63,999 nucleotides of DNA, filler included, from Basidiobolus ranarum (GCA_040143965.1; 14 parts of 14 records of this genome joined end to end with filler, not necessarily neighbours in it), one strand, 5' to 3'. Counted from the first letter of the whole stretch, positions 11,666 through 24,112 are shown. A program made the numbers and translations. Notes: generated by a model not told the origin, from the letters alone.

Positions 11666-13740
11666 GTCAAGTATTGATTCCATATTTGGCATGCATTATT
11701 AAATATCCAACCGTTTTTGCAAAAAACTAATTTTCAAATCACAAATTATTGATTTTACTGCTGCAGGAATTCAAATTAATATGTATGCCTTTAATTATAT
11801 ATTTTAGGCTTTGTATTCCAGCCATAATAAGAATCAAAAAATACAACAATCTTGTTGGGTTTGGTATCTACATTTGCACATACTTGACTGATCAGACCTA
11901 ACTCAACAACATCAATATGCTTTACCAGCAAACTAATGGTGAAAAAATTGCTAAACATCTTACTTTGAATAGCACTGACACTTGGCAAACATCTGACTCT
12001 TGTTACAATTCATAATGACAATAAGCTCTTGGATTTTTGCAAGTTTCCATCAAGGGTTCAGTCAAAATATCTCCAACTTGGAGTCAATAAATGTCCTGCC
12101 ACAAGTAGATGTGTCATTGCTGGAATAGATTACCACATAGCTAAAACAATAATACTATGTATCTCAATCTTTCTCACCAAGAAGTCTGTCTTGCAGCTTT
12201 CCTAGAAATACTTTCAGATAATCTCACAAATAAATTAGTCCAAATTGTTGAGGTACTTACTTTGTGTCAATGGATTGAACTTTGTTGCAGTTATTGTGCT
12301 CAAAAAATGCATAAACCCATGAGCACATTTAAAAGAGCCCTTTGTCAGCAGGTTAATAAACTCTGGAGTCTCCTTGAACCATTGCATTACATTCTTCACT
12401 GATTTTGCTGATACATTGTTAACCAGATTAGCATATGGTAATACAAACAGTTTCACATGGAGCAGCAATTCCCCACAGGTATGTACCATGGGGAACTCCC
12501 AGAGTTTACAGCAAAGGCCTATAATCTCCAAGCATTGTGAAAGATGCAGCAGAGAATGTATTGAATACTGGCATGGATTAAGTCTATCTTCTTTAAACCT
12601 GTAATAAAGTGTTTCATATCCAATTACAAAATCTTTGCATAGTTGCTGTATCTGCCTGAGATCTGCCAACATGTGTTGCTGCCATAAGAATATATTAACA
12701 ATATCCACAATCAACTCCCAATGTTGCCAATACTTATCAGGCAGAAATGTTCTCAAGATTCCACTTGAATATATAAAAATCCAATACTTCCAGTCTTTGC
12801 ACTTGAATAAATGCCTAGATGATTGGATGTTGATGGGAGTCCTGTTAAATATGATGGTATCTTGGCATTTTCAAACATTTTCTCAAGTGAATCAAACTGT
12901 CATCCAATCTTGAATGGTTCACTCATATATATTTTTCCACTATATAGCTGAGTTAGTAGTATTGGGACATTGTTGAATAGTGAGTGTATAGAGCCTAATG
13001 GGAAGCTCTGGCTCCAGCTGATCCCCTTTAGCAATATATATTTACACTTATTGCTAATCCCAAGTAGGATGTTAGACTGACTATTTGGTTGATTAATATT
13101 AGTGAGCATGTTGAAATCTGACTGGGCTCTTTATGGTAGAATAATGAAGTTTGGTGTTGTGCTTGGATAATAATAGTGCATGTACCTCATAGAAGCAACT
13201 CCATTGATTGGACAAAATCTACAGCAACATAGTGCATTGTGCCCCCAAAAACCTCCCAGTTTACTGATGGCAGGAGTGTGACAAATACATACAATGATAT
13301 TAGCTTTAAAATGATATTTACCCTTATGAACCACATTTGAAAAACATTCAAATTCCACAATCAGAGGCTCCAAGAAGCTATGTATAAGCACAGGGGTTTT
13401 AGATCCAGATATGATGGATAAGATCAAAATATTATGACTCTTATACCATTAAGAAAGAGGAAGATTTAAGTTAATTAAAGTTATTGGCCATTAGCCAATG
13501 CAAATGCATGATCACACATGTTCTCAAAAAAACCTTGAATTTTTAGATTCTGGTAGTGATATCTATCAAGTATATTGATAATGCCATCAGCTTGATGGTG
13601 ACTACTTTGGTATTAGATCCATGATCTATATTTGGGTGATTTCATCAAAACTTTAAGATGGGGAAACAATGGTATATAAGCCAAATATGAACAATATTTA
13701 CCTGATTCAGTGATTGCCAATTGTGTGCAAACAGCACATC
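11666..13740 (-). mobile_element. Degenerate CACTA/En-Spm (Tnp2-like) DNA transposon
   Basis: PAISKLGGFWGHNALCCCRFCPING (Tnp2-like) and HSLLHLSQCLEIIGLCCKLWEFPM (DUF4218-like) in broken minus-strand frames. Confidence 0.75.
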
Positions 13741-13915
13741 NNNNNNNNNNNNNNNNNNNNNNNNNNNNNNNNNNNNNNNNNNNNTTAATTAATTAANNNN
13801 NNNNNNNNNNNNNNNNNNNNNNNNNNNNNNNNNNNNNNNNTTATGAATTAGTACTATTTGTAAGAACTTTGTGATGTTTACAAGATTAAATAAAGAAGAA
13901 AGTGAATATTAGATA

Positions 13916-14197
13916 TGTTGAAAGTCTGGTGACTTGTGATACAAGCAGTAACTCTCAAAGAGGAAAATATGGAGTATGGTGACTACATCTGTGCACAAAA
14001 TCTAAGGCCAATCAGTTGCTTGTATAGCTGATATGCCAAAATACCATACATTGACAGACTAGTTTAAGGCTCTCTAGCAATACAGGCATAGCATGCAAGG
14101 ACTGGTAGCTCAGTTGTTAGAGCAACTTGCTAGAGTGATGGAGGTCCAAGGTTTAAATCCTGGCCAGACTAATACTTCTCCCCAAGTAATTTCAATA
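13916..14197 (+). mobile_element. LTR-like repeat (family C, 282 bp) containing a tRNA-like module
   Basis: Starts TGTTGAAA and ends TTTCAATA (imperfect terminal inverted repeat); second copy at 23050-23249; Copia pol begins right after. Confidence 0.65.
14099..14171 (+). tRNA. Degenerate tRNA-like sequence, 73 nt, anticodon arm decayed, isotype not assignable
   Basis: Acceptor GGACTGG/CCAGACT, D arm GCTC-AGTTGTTA-GAGC, variable AGGTC, T arm CAAGG-TTTAAAT-CCTGG with canonical spacing. Confidence 0.6.
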
Positions 14198-14198
14198 A

Positions 14199-16260
14199 GT
14201 TCTTGATCCAGAAAATACAATTAGCAGTCCCAATAATCAGAGGATGAGTCAGGACCATGAAGATCATCCAGAGGGAGAAATAAGCCAGGGAACTGGTGGA
14301 ACACTTCCAATGATGATGTACTTGCTAATGCAGCATTCTGTGACAAGCAACAGACTCTAGATCAAGCTCTGGTGTATCCAGAATTGTAATTATGGGAAAA
14401 AGCAATGTCTGATGAGTTTTCTTCATCACAGGACAATAAAACAAGGGTTTTATGTCCTCTACCAACAGGAAGAGACTCAATAGGCTCCAATTAGGTCTGC
14501 AGAGTCAAAAACCAAGCTGATGGAACCATAGAAAGGTACAAAGCAAGATTAGTTGCATAAGGTTATTCCCACACTCCAGGAGTTGCTTTTAATGAAACAT
14601 CTGCTCCATCAGCTAAGTTTAGTTCCATTAGATCGGCCATCCATAACCTTTATTTACATGGATGTAAAAACAAACTTTCTGATTGGGAATCTGGAAAAGG
14701 AGATCTATATGGAGCAACCGATGGACTTGTTCAACCAAAGCATCCCAATATGGTCTGTAAACCGCAAAAATTGCTATATGGACTCAAGCAAGCACCTCAG
14801 ACATGGTACAATAAGATAGCTCCCTATTTAGAATCACTGAAATTTCAAAAATCCACAGCAGATCCCAGTATTTACATCAAAACAACCAGAAATAGGATCC
14901 ATATTGTGGCACTCTATATGGATGACTTGATCATAGCAACAAATGATCTAAAAGCACTTAATCAGACAAAAAGCAGCTTATCAAACTATTTTCAGATGAC
15001 TGATGTGGATGAATTAAGTTCTTTACTTGGAATCCAAATCAAACAGCATAAACCTAATTGGAAAATCATGCTCAATCAGTATAGATATGTCATAGACTTC
15101 CTAATACACTTCAACATGGAGAATAGCAAGCCTGTATCAACACCAATGGATCCCAACGTCAAATTAAGCAAATTTTCAAGCAATTTGGCCCATAATGACT
15201 CAAATCAGAGCCAGATGTTCCCTTATCAATCTATGGTGGATGCTTTAGTGTATACAATGGTTGGAATATATTCAGACAATTTTGGCACTATATGTGGATG
15301 GCTTGATCATAGCCACAAATAATCTAGAAGCACTTATTCAGAAAAAAGCAGCTTGTGAAGCCAATTTCAGGTTACTGATATGGGTCAATTAAGTTATTTT
15401 GTTGCAGTCCAAATCAAGTGAGATAAACCCAATGATAAAAGCATGCTGAATTAGTCTAGATATATCCTTGACATCCTAATAGGATTCCACATGTAGAATA
15501 GCAAGCCTCTATCAGCACTAATAGATCCCAGTGTGAAATTACTCACATTTCAAATAATTTTACCCAAAATGACTCAAATCAAAGCCAGGAGTTCTCTTTT
15601 CAATCCAGGGTGGGTAGTTTAATGCATACAATGGTTAGAATACATCCAGACATTGCTGTGGCAGTTGGAACTGTCAGCCAATATCCCAAAAATCCAATAT
15701 TTAAGCACAAAACTGCAGTAAAACAAATAGTCAGGTATTCAAGAGGAACTGTAGAACCAGTTGTGGAATACTCTGTCATTCCTGATGCATAAAATTTTGA
15801 TGCCTACAGAGATGCATATTGGGGTAGAAACCTTTGTGATAGAAGAGCAACAACTGGGTACAATTCTCTCTATGCTAATGGAGCCACAACTTAGAATAGT
15901 AAGAAGCAACCAAATATAGCACTGTCCACTACAGAAGCAGAGCATATTGCTTCCTCTGCTACTACACAAGAAGCTATGTGGTTAAGGAAGTTATTTACAG
16001 ACTTAGGATACATGCAAAAATGTGATGTTTCTGTATTTGAGCATAAGCAAAGTTGTATTTACTTCACTGAAAAACCTACATTTCATGCTAAAACAAAACA
16101 TATAGATATTAGGCTTCATTTTGTTACAGAAGCAATAGACAATGATGCAATTGAACTTGTCTAGTGCCCTACTAAAGAAATGATTGCTAACATCCAAACC
16201 AAACCTTTAGATAAATCACAATTTGCACTATTATGATATATGTTAGGTTTAAGAGAAATA
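14199..16260 (+). mobile_element. Degenerate Copia family B reverse transcriptase and RNase H with an internal tandem duplication
   Basis: ERYKARLVA, LYGLKQAP, ALYMDDLII, AKTKHIDIRLHFV; about 14900-15270 repeated at about 15275-15650. Confidence 0.9.
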
Positions 16261-16499
16261 GCCAGATCAGGCCAGCTAAAAAGTGCACCAGCACAAATTG
16301 GCATGATTGGGCACTATCTGGCACCATGTTATTTACCATTTGAGAAACATCAGATTACTAATGTGGTATATTTTGGAAATGTACTTTTAGACATTATTGC
16401 ACATTCAAAAGATGATGAAAGCTTTATTTATGGTGTCTCAAGTCCAGAACTCTCAATGGATATCTTTAAGTATGAATTTATTGAGAATTAATCAAGATT

Positions 16500-17308
16500 T
16501 TGACTACTTTGCCTAACTTTAATTGAGGCCCACAAAATGATTTTCCTCTCTACTTTTCTGCTACAATGTTACATCTCTTTAGTAAATTAAGGCTATGTTC
16601 TACTCTTGCTCTAAGATGGGAAAAAAATTTCATTATAAACCTTTTGCCTCTCTGTGAGTATCCCTCCTCAGGGCCTCTTGTTAGCTGTTAAAAATCCTAG
16701 CCTTCTGAATTCTAGCCCAACATATGCCAAATCAGCCATAGTCTTCTCATATCTTACAAATGGTGCATGCTTCTCAACCTAAAGCCTTTTGTCATGGTGT
16801 CTCCCTGGATGTAGCTCACTAAGCCATATGATATTTTCTCTCAACTCTGTTAAAGCCTGGAACTTTACACAGTGAGCTTTGTACTTGCCAAAATTGAATA
16901 GCTTTTGATTACTCTTGGGCCTGTTGATTCTCACAGGAAACATGTCAAGAAAACTTTCAATATGAATGCTATTGGGAAATACAACAGGAAATGGAAGCAA
17001 ATTAGAGTTTCTAAATCTTTTGTCTCATGTACCTTCAACATCACTCTTCACGGAAGCTTGATAATTCTCACTTACTTGAAGCCTGGTATGAAAGCTTCTC
17101 CCATAGTACTACTGCTACTAGTGTACTGAAATCTGATTGGACAATAGCTTTTGTAGTAACAAAACAAATTGACTAGCTGCTTTCTGGTAGGTATTGGAGT
17201 ATATGTGCCACGGTAATTCTCTAATATAGCTTGTAAGGTGGTGACAGAAAAGCCAGTAGTTGCTTTTGGATTAATGAGGAATGATCAATCAGAGTAGATG
17301 GAGAGCAT
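16500..17308 (-). pseudogene. IS5/PIF-Harbinger (DDE_Tnp_4-like) transposase remnant
   Basis: LDMFPVRINRPKSNQ...GKYKAHCVKFQ...HPGRHHD, then ADLAYVG and LTERQKVYN; stops and frameshifts. Confidence 0.75.
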
Positions 17309-17781
17309 GATATCAATCTCGTATTGAGCTGGCACAATACTGATCAATCTAGCATGCATAAGTTATTTATCTAAAAATTTCAATTATCATGGTAAAACTT
17401 CCTACTATCTGTATAATATAATTTCTGTTTGTGTTTATTATCCTAATTATTTCAATTATGTGTGATTACATGGAAATTATATAATAGACTGCATCAGCAA
17501 AGTTAATCATACTTTGATATGAATCAATTCATTTTGTGTACATATCAAAACAGCTCAAAGTGGAATGCATTATGCTTGATCACACTATAGGAAATTGACT
17601 TTGACATTTTGACCAATAATATATAAAAATCACTAATTCTCCCTGAAGCTAATAAAGCCTAACATCATAGATATATATAGTAGTAATGTATCATGTCAAA
17701 ACCGATTCTTCCTGACTTACAACCTACTTTGGTACAGGAAACCACCACTTCCAAATTCTGTGTGCAGAGTCAAATGAAGAT

Positions 17782-18231
17782 TTGGGTGGTACAGAGCAGT
17801 ACATGCCTAATGATCTTACCAATGCCCAGGTATCCACTATGAATTCTAGCTTTGATATATGGGAGTTATTGATAAACTTGACAACAGCTGGCAAAGGGGG
17901 CATTAGACAAAATTGGAAGCAAATTTCAACTCTGCTTTGGAGAGAATACTATATCTTCATGTCTTTGGAAGTCTGCAAGAAAATGTACAATAAGACTCAT
18001 GCGGATAGAAAGCATGAATTGAGAAACAGAAATTTCAATTTTAAGTCTGCAAGAACACATTTCCAATTGTGTTATTGCTTGTATGGACCAGAAGCAACCG
18101 TTGCAGCCTCAACTCTAAAGACAAAAGATGTTCTAAATAAATATCTACTACTACTCAGCAAGACTCTGGAGCAACTGTTGATGGAGGTTGCAGAGTTCAG
18201 AACATCATTCAGGACACTATGCCAAGAGTAA
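17782..18231 (+). CDS. Myb/SANT-like DNA-binding protein, Harbinger accessory ORF, probably degenerate
   Basis: NWKQISTLLWREYYIFMSLEVCKKMYNK trihelix-like pattern, head-to-head with the transposase; start uncertain. Confidence 0.5.
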   Translation: MGGTEQYMPNDLTNAQVSTMNSSFDIWELLINLTTAGKGGIRQNWKQISTLLWREYYIFMSLEVCKKMYNKTHADRKHELRNRNFNFKSARTHFQLCYCLYGPEATVAASTLKTKDVLNKYLLLLSKTLEQLLMEVAEFRTSFRTLCQE

Positions 18232-18446
18232 TCAACACTGTTATAAAGAGAAAAGTAAGACAATTTATTGAACAAGAGGATATTCCAAAGGCAAATTAGA
18301 GCAGTTTAGACCATTGCACAGATGTACTAGATCACTCTGAATCAAANNNNNNNNNNNNNNNNNNNNNNNNNNNNNNNNNNNNNNNNNNNNTTAATTAATT
18401 AANNNNNNNNNNNNNNNNNNNNNNNNNNNNNNNNNNNNNNNNNNNN

Positions 18447-18557
18447 CCGATCGAGTGTTATAGGACCCAGCCATGGTAATTGACAGATCGCGCCAGATGG
18501 TGTGCTAGCAGGCTGGATCGAGCGGCACGATCTGACCTGGTCCGATGGAACAAGTCT
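18447..18557 (+). mobile_element. Right end of the Harbinger-like element with TIR TGGAACAAGTCT
   Basis: 111 bp with 7 differences from 59866-59976; terminus is the reverse complement of 63889-63900. Confidence 0.75.
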
Positions 18558-18656
18558 TATAAATAGGACATATTCAATTCAATAAAACTTAAATGTCTAA
18601 TTCACAAATCCAAATCTTGTCCAAAACACTTCCAAATCCCCTAAATACTTTTATCA
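18558..18656 (+). mobile_element. 3' part of a Copia family B LTR abutting the Harbinger end
   Basis: Reverse complement of about 21960-22060; ends CTTTTATCA. Confidence 0.8.
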
Positions 18657-18721
18657 TGGGGCTCATGGCTTTGAACAGTGCAGGTGGAGGCCCAATTTTT
18701 GTGACTTATTGATATAGTAAT

Positions 18722-21700
18722 TGGTAAAAGTGTTGAGAGGATATGGAAGTGTTTTGGACAAGATTTAGATTTATGAATTAGGCACTTACATTAGATTGGA
18801 TTGAATATGTCCTATTTATAGTTGACTATGAAAGAGGACCATTGGACATGCTTAGATCATAACAAAAATGCCTGTTAAGCATGAGTGAAAATTTGAGATG
18901 ATTTGGGTTTTGACAAAATAGTTAAAATTGGTAAGAGTGATCTAATTGGTATTTCTATCAACTAGAGCAATAAACACATGTTTTGCAATGGCAGAATTGG
19001 GTGCTAAATAATCAGAATATGAATAAACTAACCACTAAATAATGAGTTGCTATTTACCTAATTACAACATTTGCACTCCACTAATTATTTTGTATAACTC
19101 TTCTACCTAACTTATATTTTAATAATTTAAATTGTGCTTTAGCTAAAGGTCTGGTTAAGTTGGCAGCAATCATTTCTTCAATAGGGCAATAGACAAGTGC
19201 TACTACTCATTCTCTATTGCTTCTCTAACAAAATGATGTAAAATATCTATATGTTTTGTTTTAACCTGAAATATAGAGCTTTCAGCTAAGCAAATCCTAC
19301 TTTGATTATCTTCAAATATTCTAACAGCACATTTTTGCACATATCCTAAGTTTGTAAATAACTTTCTTCACCACATAGCTTCTTGTGTAGTAGCAGAGGC
19401 CATTATATACTCTGCTTTTGTAGTGGAAAGTGCTATGGTTGGTAGCTTGTTACTATTACAAGTTATGGTTCCCTTACCATAGCAAAAAGTGTACCCAGTT
19501 GATGATCTTCTATCATCAAGGTGTTTTCCCCAATCTGCATCACTATAGCCTTCAAATTGTGTGCATTGGGAGTGGCAGAGTTTTTCAGAACTACATTCAG
19601 AGTTCTTCTCAAATACCTGAGTATTTGTTTTACAGCAACTTGGTGCTCAGATCCGGGATTTATGAGATATTGGCTGATGGCTCCTACTGCCACCGCAATA
19701 ACTAGATGTGTTCCAAACATTGTGTATACTAAACTACCAACCAGCTTTGAATTAAGAAACTTCTGGCTTAGATATGAGCTATTTTGTGCCCTATTGGATA
19801 AAGTTTTGATTAATTTCACATTGGGATCCATTGGTGTTGATACAGGCTTGCTATTCTCAATGTTGAAGTGTTTTTAGATATATAGAAGGTATTCAGACTG
19901 ATTCAGCATGATTTTATGATAGGGTTTATCTCCCTTGTTTGGATTGCAAGGCAATAACTTAGTTGACCCATATTGGTCATCTGAAATTGGTTTGATAAGC
20001 TGCTTTTTGTCTGATAAAGTGCTTCTAGATTGTTTGAGGCTATGTTCAAATTATCTACATTTAGTGCCAAGATAGGGGTCCTATTGGCAGTTGTCTTGAT
20101 GTAAATACTCTAATCATATGGGCATTTTTGGAATTCCAGTGATTCCAAACAGGTATCCATCTTTTTGTACCAATACCTTGGTGCTTGCTTTAGTCTATCT
20201 AGCAATTTGTGCTGTTTACAGACCATATCATGGTTGTTTGGGTCAATGTATCCATCTGGTTGCTCCGTATAGATCTCATCTTGTTCTTTTCATTCACAAA
20301 GGTTATTTTTACATCCATATCATATAAATCAAGGTTTTGGATGGCTGAGTGTGCCAGATTTGATCCAATGGTGCTAAATGTGGGTACAGGAGCAACAGTT
20401 GCATTAAAACCAACTCCTGGAGTCTAGGATTAGCCTTTAGCAACCAATCTAGCATTCTACCTTTCAATGATTCCATTAGCTTGGTTTTGGCTTTTTAGAC
20501 CCATTTGCACCCTATTGGCTTTCTCCCTGATGGTAGAGGACTTAAAGCAAATGCTTTATTGTCTTGAAGTGAAGAAAACTCATCAGACATTGCTTTTCAC
20601 ATAATTTTGATACTGGACACTCCTGAGCTTAATGGAAAGTGTGTGGCATGTCACAGAAATGCTGCATAAAAATATACATCATCATTGGAAGTGTTCCACC
20701 AGTTCTACAGCTTATTTCTCCTTCTGGTTGATTTTCTGGGTCTTGAATCATTTTCTGATGTAACTGGGGATGAACTTACGGCTAAATTAGGCTCAGATAC
20801 AGTGAAATTTTGCCAGACACTTCCTGAACATTGCTGATTTTGTTTTCTGGATCAAGAATTGTCATTTGAGATTAAATATTTGCTGTTTCATCACAAAACA
20901 CATCTCTGCACTTAATTAACTTCTGATATGTGGAATCAAACAGTCTATAGGCCTTAGACCCATCACAGTAACCAAGAAATATGCATATTCTGCCTTTGGG
21001 TTCCAATTGAGGGCATATTTGAGCAAGAAATAAGCAATGAGATGTGCAACAAAGATCCTGAGATGATACAGACTTGGTTTTGATTCATATAGGGCTTCAA
21101 AAGGAGTAGAACTTTTGAACAATCTTGTTGGATGTCTGTTTTGGATATAGACTACAATGGAGACAGATTCAACCCAATATGGGTAATCTAACTTCTGATC
21201 ATGCAATATTGATCTTACTATCTCCACTAAGGTCCTATTAGCACAAGTTCTGCAACTGCATTTGCTGTGGAGTATAAGGTACAGTAGTTTGTTGCTTAAT
21301 CCCATGTTTAGAGCAATAGCTAGCAAAGTCTTTAGAGCATTATTCTCCACCAGCATCACTCCTTGATACCCTTATTTTTTGTACTGATTCTTTGTCAACC
21401 ATTGCTTTGTAGTGATTGAGCTCAGCTAAGGCATCATATTTTGATTTCAGAAAGAATAGCCAAGAAATATCTTGTTTTGTCATCATTAAAGGTCATAAAG
21501 TATCTTTTCCCACCTGGAGAGATGTTTTTCATGGGCCCACAGAGGTCTGTAACAAATCCAAATGGGTCTTAGTCTCTGAGCATTATACATACCTCAAACT
21601 TCTAAAGGTGAAAATCTTCATCATCAAACTTCTCTGTGGATGCAAAAATGTTGGCAATAATACTGGTAGACACTCCTTTAGCAGCTAGCTTGGGGCTAAT

Positions 21701-21959
21701 AACCAGATAAAAGTGTTTGGTGGAATTGGAAGTGTTTGGATAAGATTTGGTTTTCTGAATTAGACATTTAAGTTTTGTTGAATGGCAACCATCTTTTCAT
21801 AGTCTACCATGAAATAGGACTATTAAACATCCTGAGAGCATAACAAACCAGCATGCTAAGCATAGGTAACAATCTGAGGTGATTAGGAGAAGTTTTGAGA
21901 ATATAGTGACCAATGGTAAAAGAGATCTAATATATATTTCCATCCATTAGAGCAACAAA
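18722..21959 (-). mobile_element. Internally deleted degenerate Copia family B element: 3' LTR 18722-19069, RNase H, RT, integrase, gag stub, PBS 21690-21704, partial 5' LTR 21705-21959
   Basis: Two LTR copies, PBS GGTTATTAGCCCC, integrase NRTLVEIVRSILH...YWVESV...TPFEALY, RT and RNase H motifs. Confidence 0.9.
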
Positions 21960-22949
21960 TGATAAAAGTGCTTAGGGGATTTGGTAGTGTTTTGGACAAG
22001 ATTTGGATTTGTGAATTAGACACTTAAGTTTTATTGAATTAAATATGTCCTATTTGTAATGTACTATGAAATAGGACTATTGGACAGGCTTAGATCATAA
22101 AAAACATGCCTGTTAAGCATGGATGAAAATTTAAGGTGATTTGGAAAATTTTGAGAAAATAATGAAAATTGGTAAAAGTGATCTAATTGATATTTCTATC
22201 AATTAGAGCAATAAACACATGTTTTTGAATGACAGAATTGAGTGCTAAATAATCAGAATATGGATAAACTAACTACTAAATAATGAGTTGCTATTTACTT
22301 AATTTCAACATTCCCACTCAACTAATTATTTTGTATTTCTCTTATACCTAACTTGTATCTAAATAATTTGAATTGTTCTTTAGCTGAAGGTTTGGTTAAG
22401 ATATCAGCTATCATTTCTTCAGTAGGGCAATTCACAAGCTCAATTGTATCATTTTCTATTGCTTCTCTAACAAAATGATGCCTAATATCTATATGTTTCG
22501 TTCTAGCATGAAATGTTGGGTTTTTAGCTAATGAAATACAACTTTGATTATCTTCAAATACAGTAATAGCACGTTTGTGCATGTATCCTAAGTTTGTAAA
22601 TAACTTCCTTAACCACATAGCTTCTTGTGTAGTAGCAGAGGCAGCCATATACTCTGCTTCTGTAGTGGAAAGTGCTATGGTTGGTTGCTTCTTACTATTC
22701 CAAGTTATGGCTCCATTACCATAGAGAAAAGTGTATCCAGTTGTTGATCTTCTATCATCAAGGTTTCTTCCCCAGTCTGCATCACTGTAGCCTTCAAAAA
22801 TTCGTGCATCAGGAGTGGCAGAGTATTCCAGAACTAGATCTACAGTTCCTCTCAAATACCTGAATATTCGTTTTACTGCAGTTTTGTGCTCAGATCCTGG
22901 ATTTTTGAGGTATTGACTGACAGTTCCCACTGCTACAGCAATGTCTGGA
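21960..22949 (-). mobile_element. Younger Copia family B 3' end nested in the older 5' LTR: LTR 21960-22310, PPT 22311-22321
   Basis: TG..CA 351-bp LTR, PPT TTGAGTGGGAA, uninterrupted RNase H frame. Confidence 0.92.
22322..22949 (-). CDS. Copia Pol C-terminus (RNase H), frame open to contig end
   Basis: GYSDADWG, RRSTTGY, WNSKKQPTIALSTTEAEY, EDNQSCI, HARTKHIDIRHHFVRE, ADILTK. Confidence 0.93.
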
Positions 22950-23049
22950 NNNNNNNNNNNNNNNNNNNNNNNNNNNNNNNNNNNNNNNNNNNNTTAATTA
23001 ATTAANNNNNNNNNNNNNNNNNNNNNNNNNNNNNNNNNNNNNNNNNNNN

Positions 23050-23249
23050 CAATGATCTACAAGTCTTTGTATGCTATGCTTATATTGCTAGGTAACCTTA
23101 ACCTAGTCTGTCAATGAATGGTACATTGGCATTTCAGTTTCACAAGCAACTGATTGACCTTAGACTTTGCGTTCAGATGCAGTCACAATACTCCATATTT
23201 TCCACTTTGGGAATTAGTGCTTGTTCCACAAGTCACCAGACTTTCAACA
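23050..23249 (-). mobile_element. Second copy of LTR-like family C, cut by contig end inside the tRNA-like head
   Basis: Reverse complement starts TGTTGAAAGTCTGGTGACTTGTG and aligns with 13916-14116. Confidence 0.75.
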
Positions 23250-23259
23250 TAGTAGCCAT

Positions 23260-23910
23260 TGTTCAAATGCTGCAATAATTGCTAACAGTTCCTTGGCATA
23301 TATGTATATTTGATTGCTGCTGCAAAGAACTTTCTTGAGTAAAAGGCAACAGGGTGCACTAAGTTGGCTCATGTGTTACAGCGCCTGATGATAGCAGCTT
23401 TCCATCAATTCCTTCTACAATGACTGGACTAGAATTATTAATAGCTGTGATAGAGTGGGATTTGACAAAATCAGAGTTAACAAATCAGGAGGAAGCACCT
23501 GAATCAAGAGGTGCAGTTGCTTTTTTTGATGCAGAATTGGGTAGCAGAAGTGTCATGGTCAGCTTTAATGACTGATATAACTGCAGAGATTGCAATATGT
23601 GGTGAAGTGCCATTTTTGAAGATTATTGAGCCAACCGCCGGGCCATAATTGCAGCTCAGCATTGAGGTTTTCCAATGGTTGGGGAGAGTTCTCTTCTACT
23701 TGCTTATTGTTGATCTTAAATCCCATATTCCTTTTTGGGCAGTATCAGGCCACATGTTAATGAGCTCCACAATAGAAGCATAGATTTTCTTGATGGTGTC
23801 AATGTTTCTCCCCATGGCTAAGCTTTCTGAGTTGAGTTCCATCAATTTTCATTGGGTCATATGCTTGAGCTGTAGTTTATGTTTGGTATGCAAGAAATCT
23901 GAAAGTAGTT
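23260..23910 (-). mobile_element. Ty3/Gypsy gag zinc knuckle and protease remnant
   Basis: DPMKIDG...NLCFYCGAH*HVA*YCPK followed by LDSGASS*FVNSDFV. Confidence 0.75.
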
Positions 23911-24112
23911 GAGGAAGGAAAATATAAAGGAGCAATATTTTCTGTTGTTGTCTTTCAAAAAACCAGTTGTCTCATTTAACTGCCTGATGGATAGCATCAG
24001 TCAAGGGCAATGGGTCAGCCATAGTGAGTCCAAGTCCCTTAATATTTTCCCAAAGTCCACATTGAAACTGGTTGATCAGGGCAGATTCTCCCCAATTGAG
24101 ATCACAAGCCAG

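Larger units (their letters stand above)
16261..18346. mobile_element. PIF/Harbinger-like DNA transposon, left TIR lost, two divergent ORFs
   Basis: 16261-16350 matches 63910-63999; contains DDE transposase and Myb/SANT-like ORFs. Confidence 0.75.

Noticed and set aside
14099-14171. Functional tRNA-Ser(AGA)
   Set aside because: Anticodon stem barely pairs, T loop is TTTAAAT, stems have mismatches and there is no long variable arm
16261-18557. One continuous Harbinger element across the linker at 18347-18446
   Set aside because: Same family, but adjacency across a linker is coincidental
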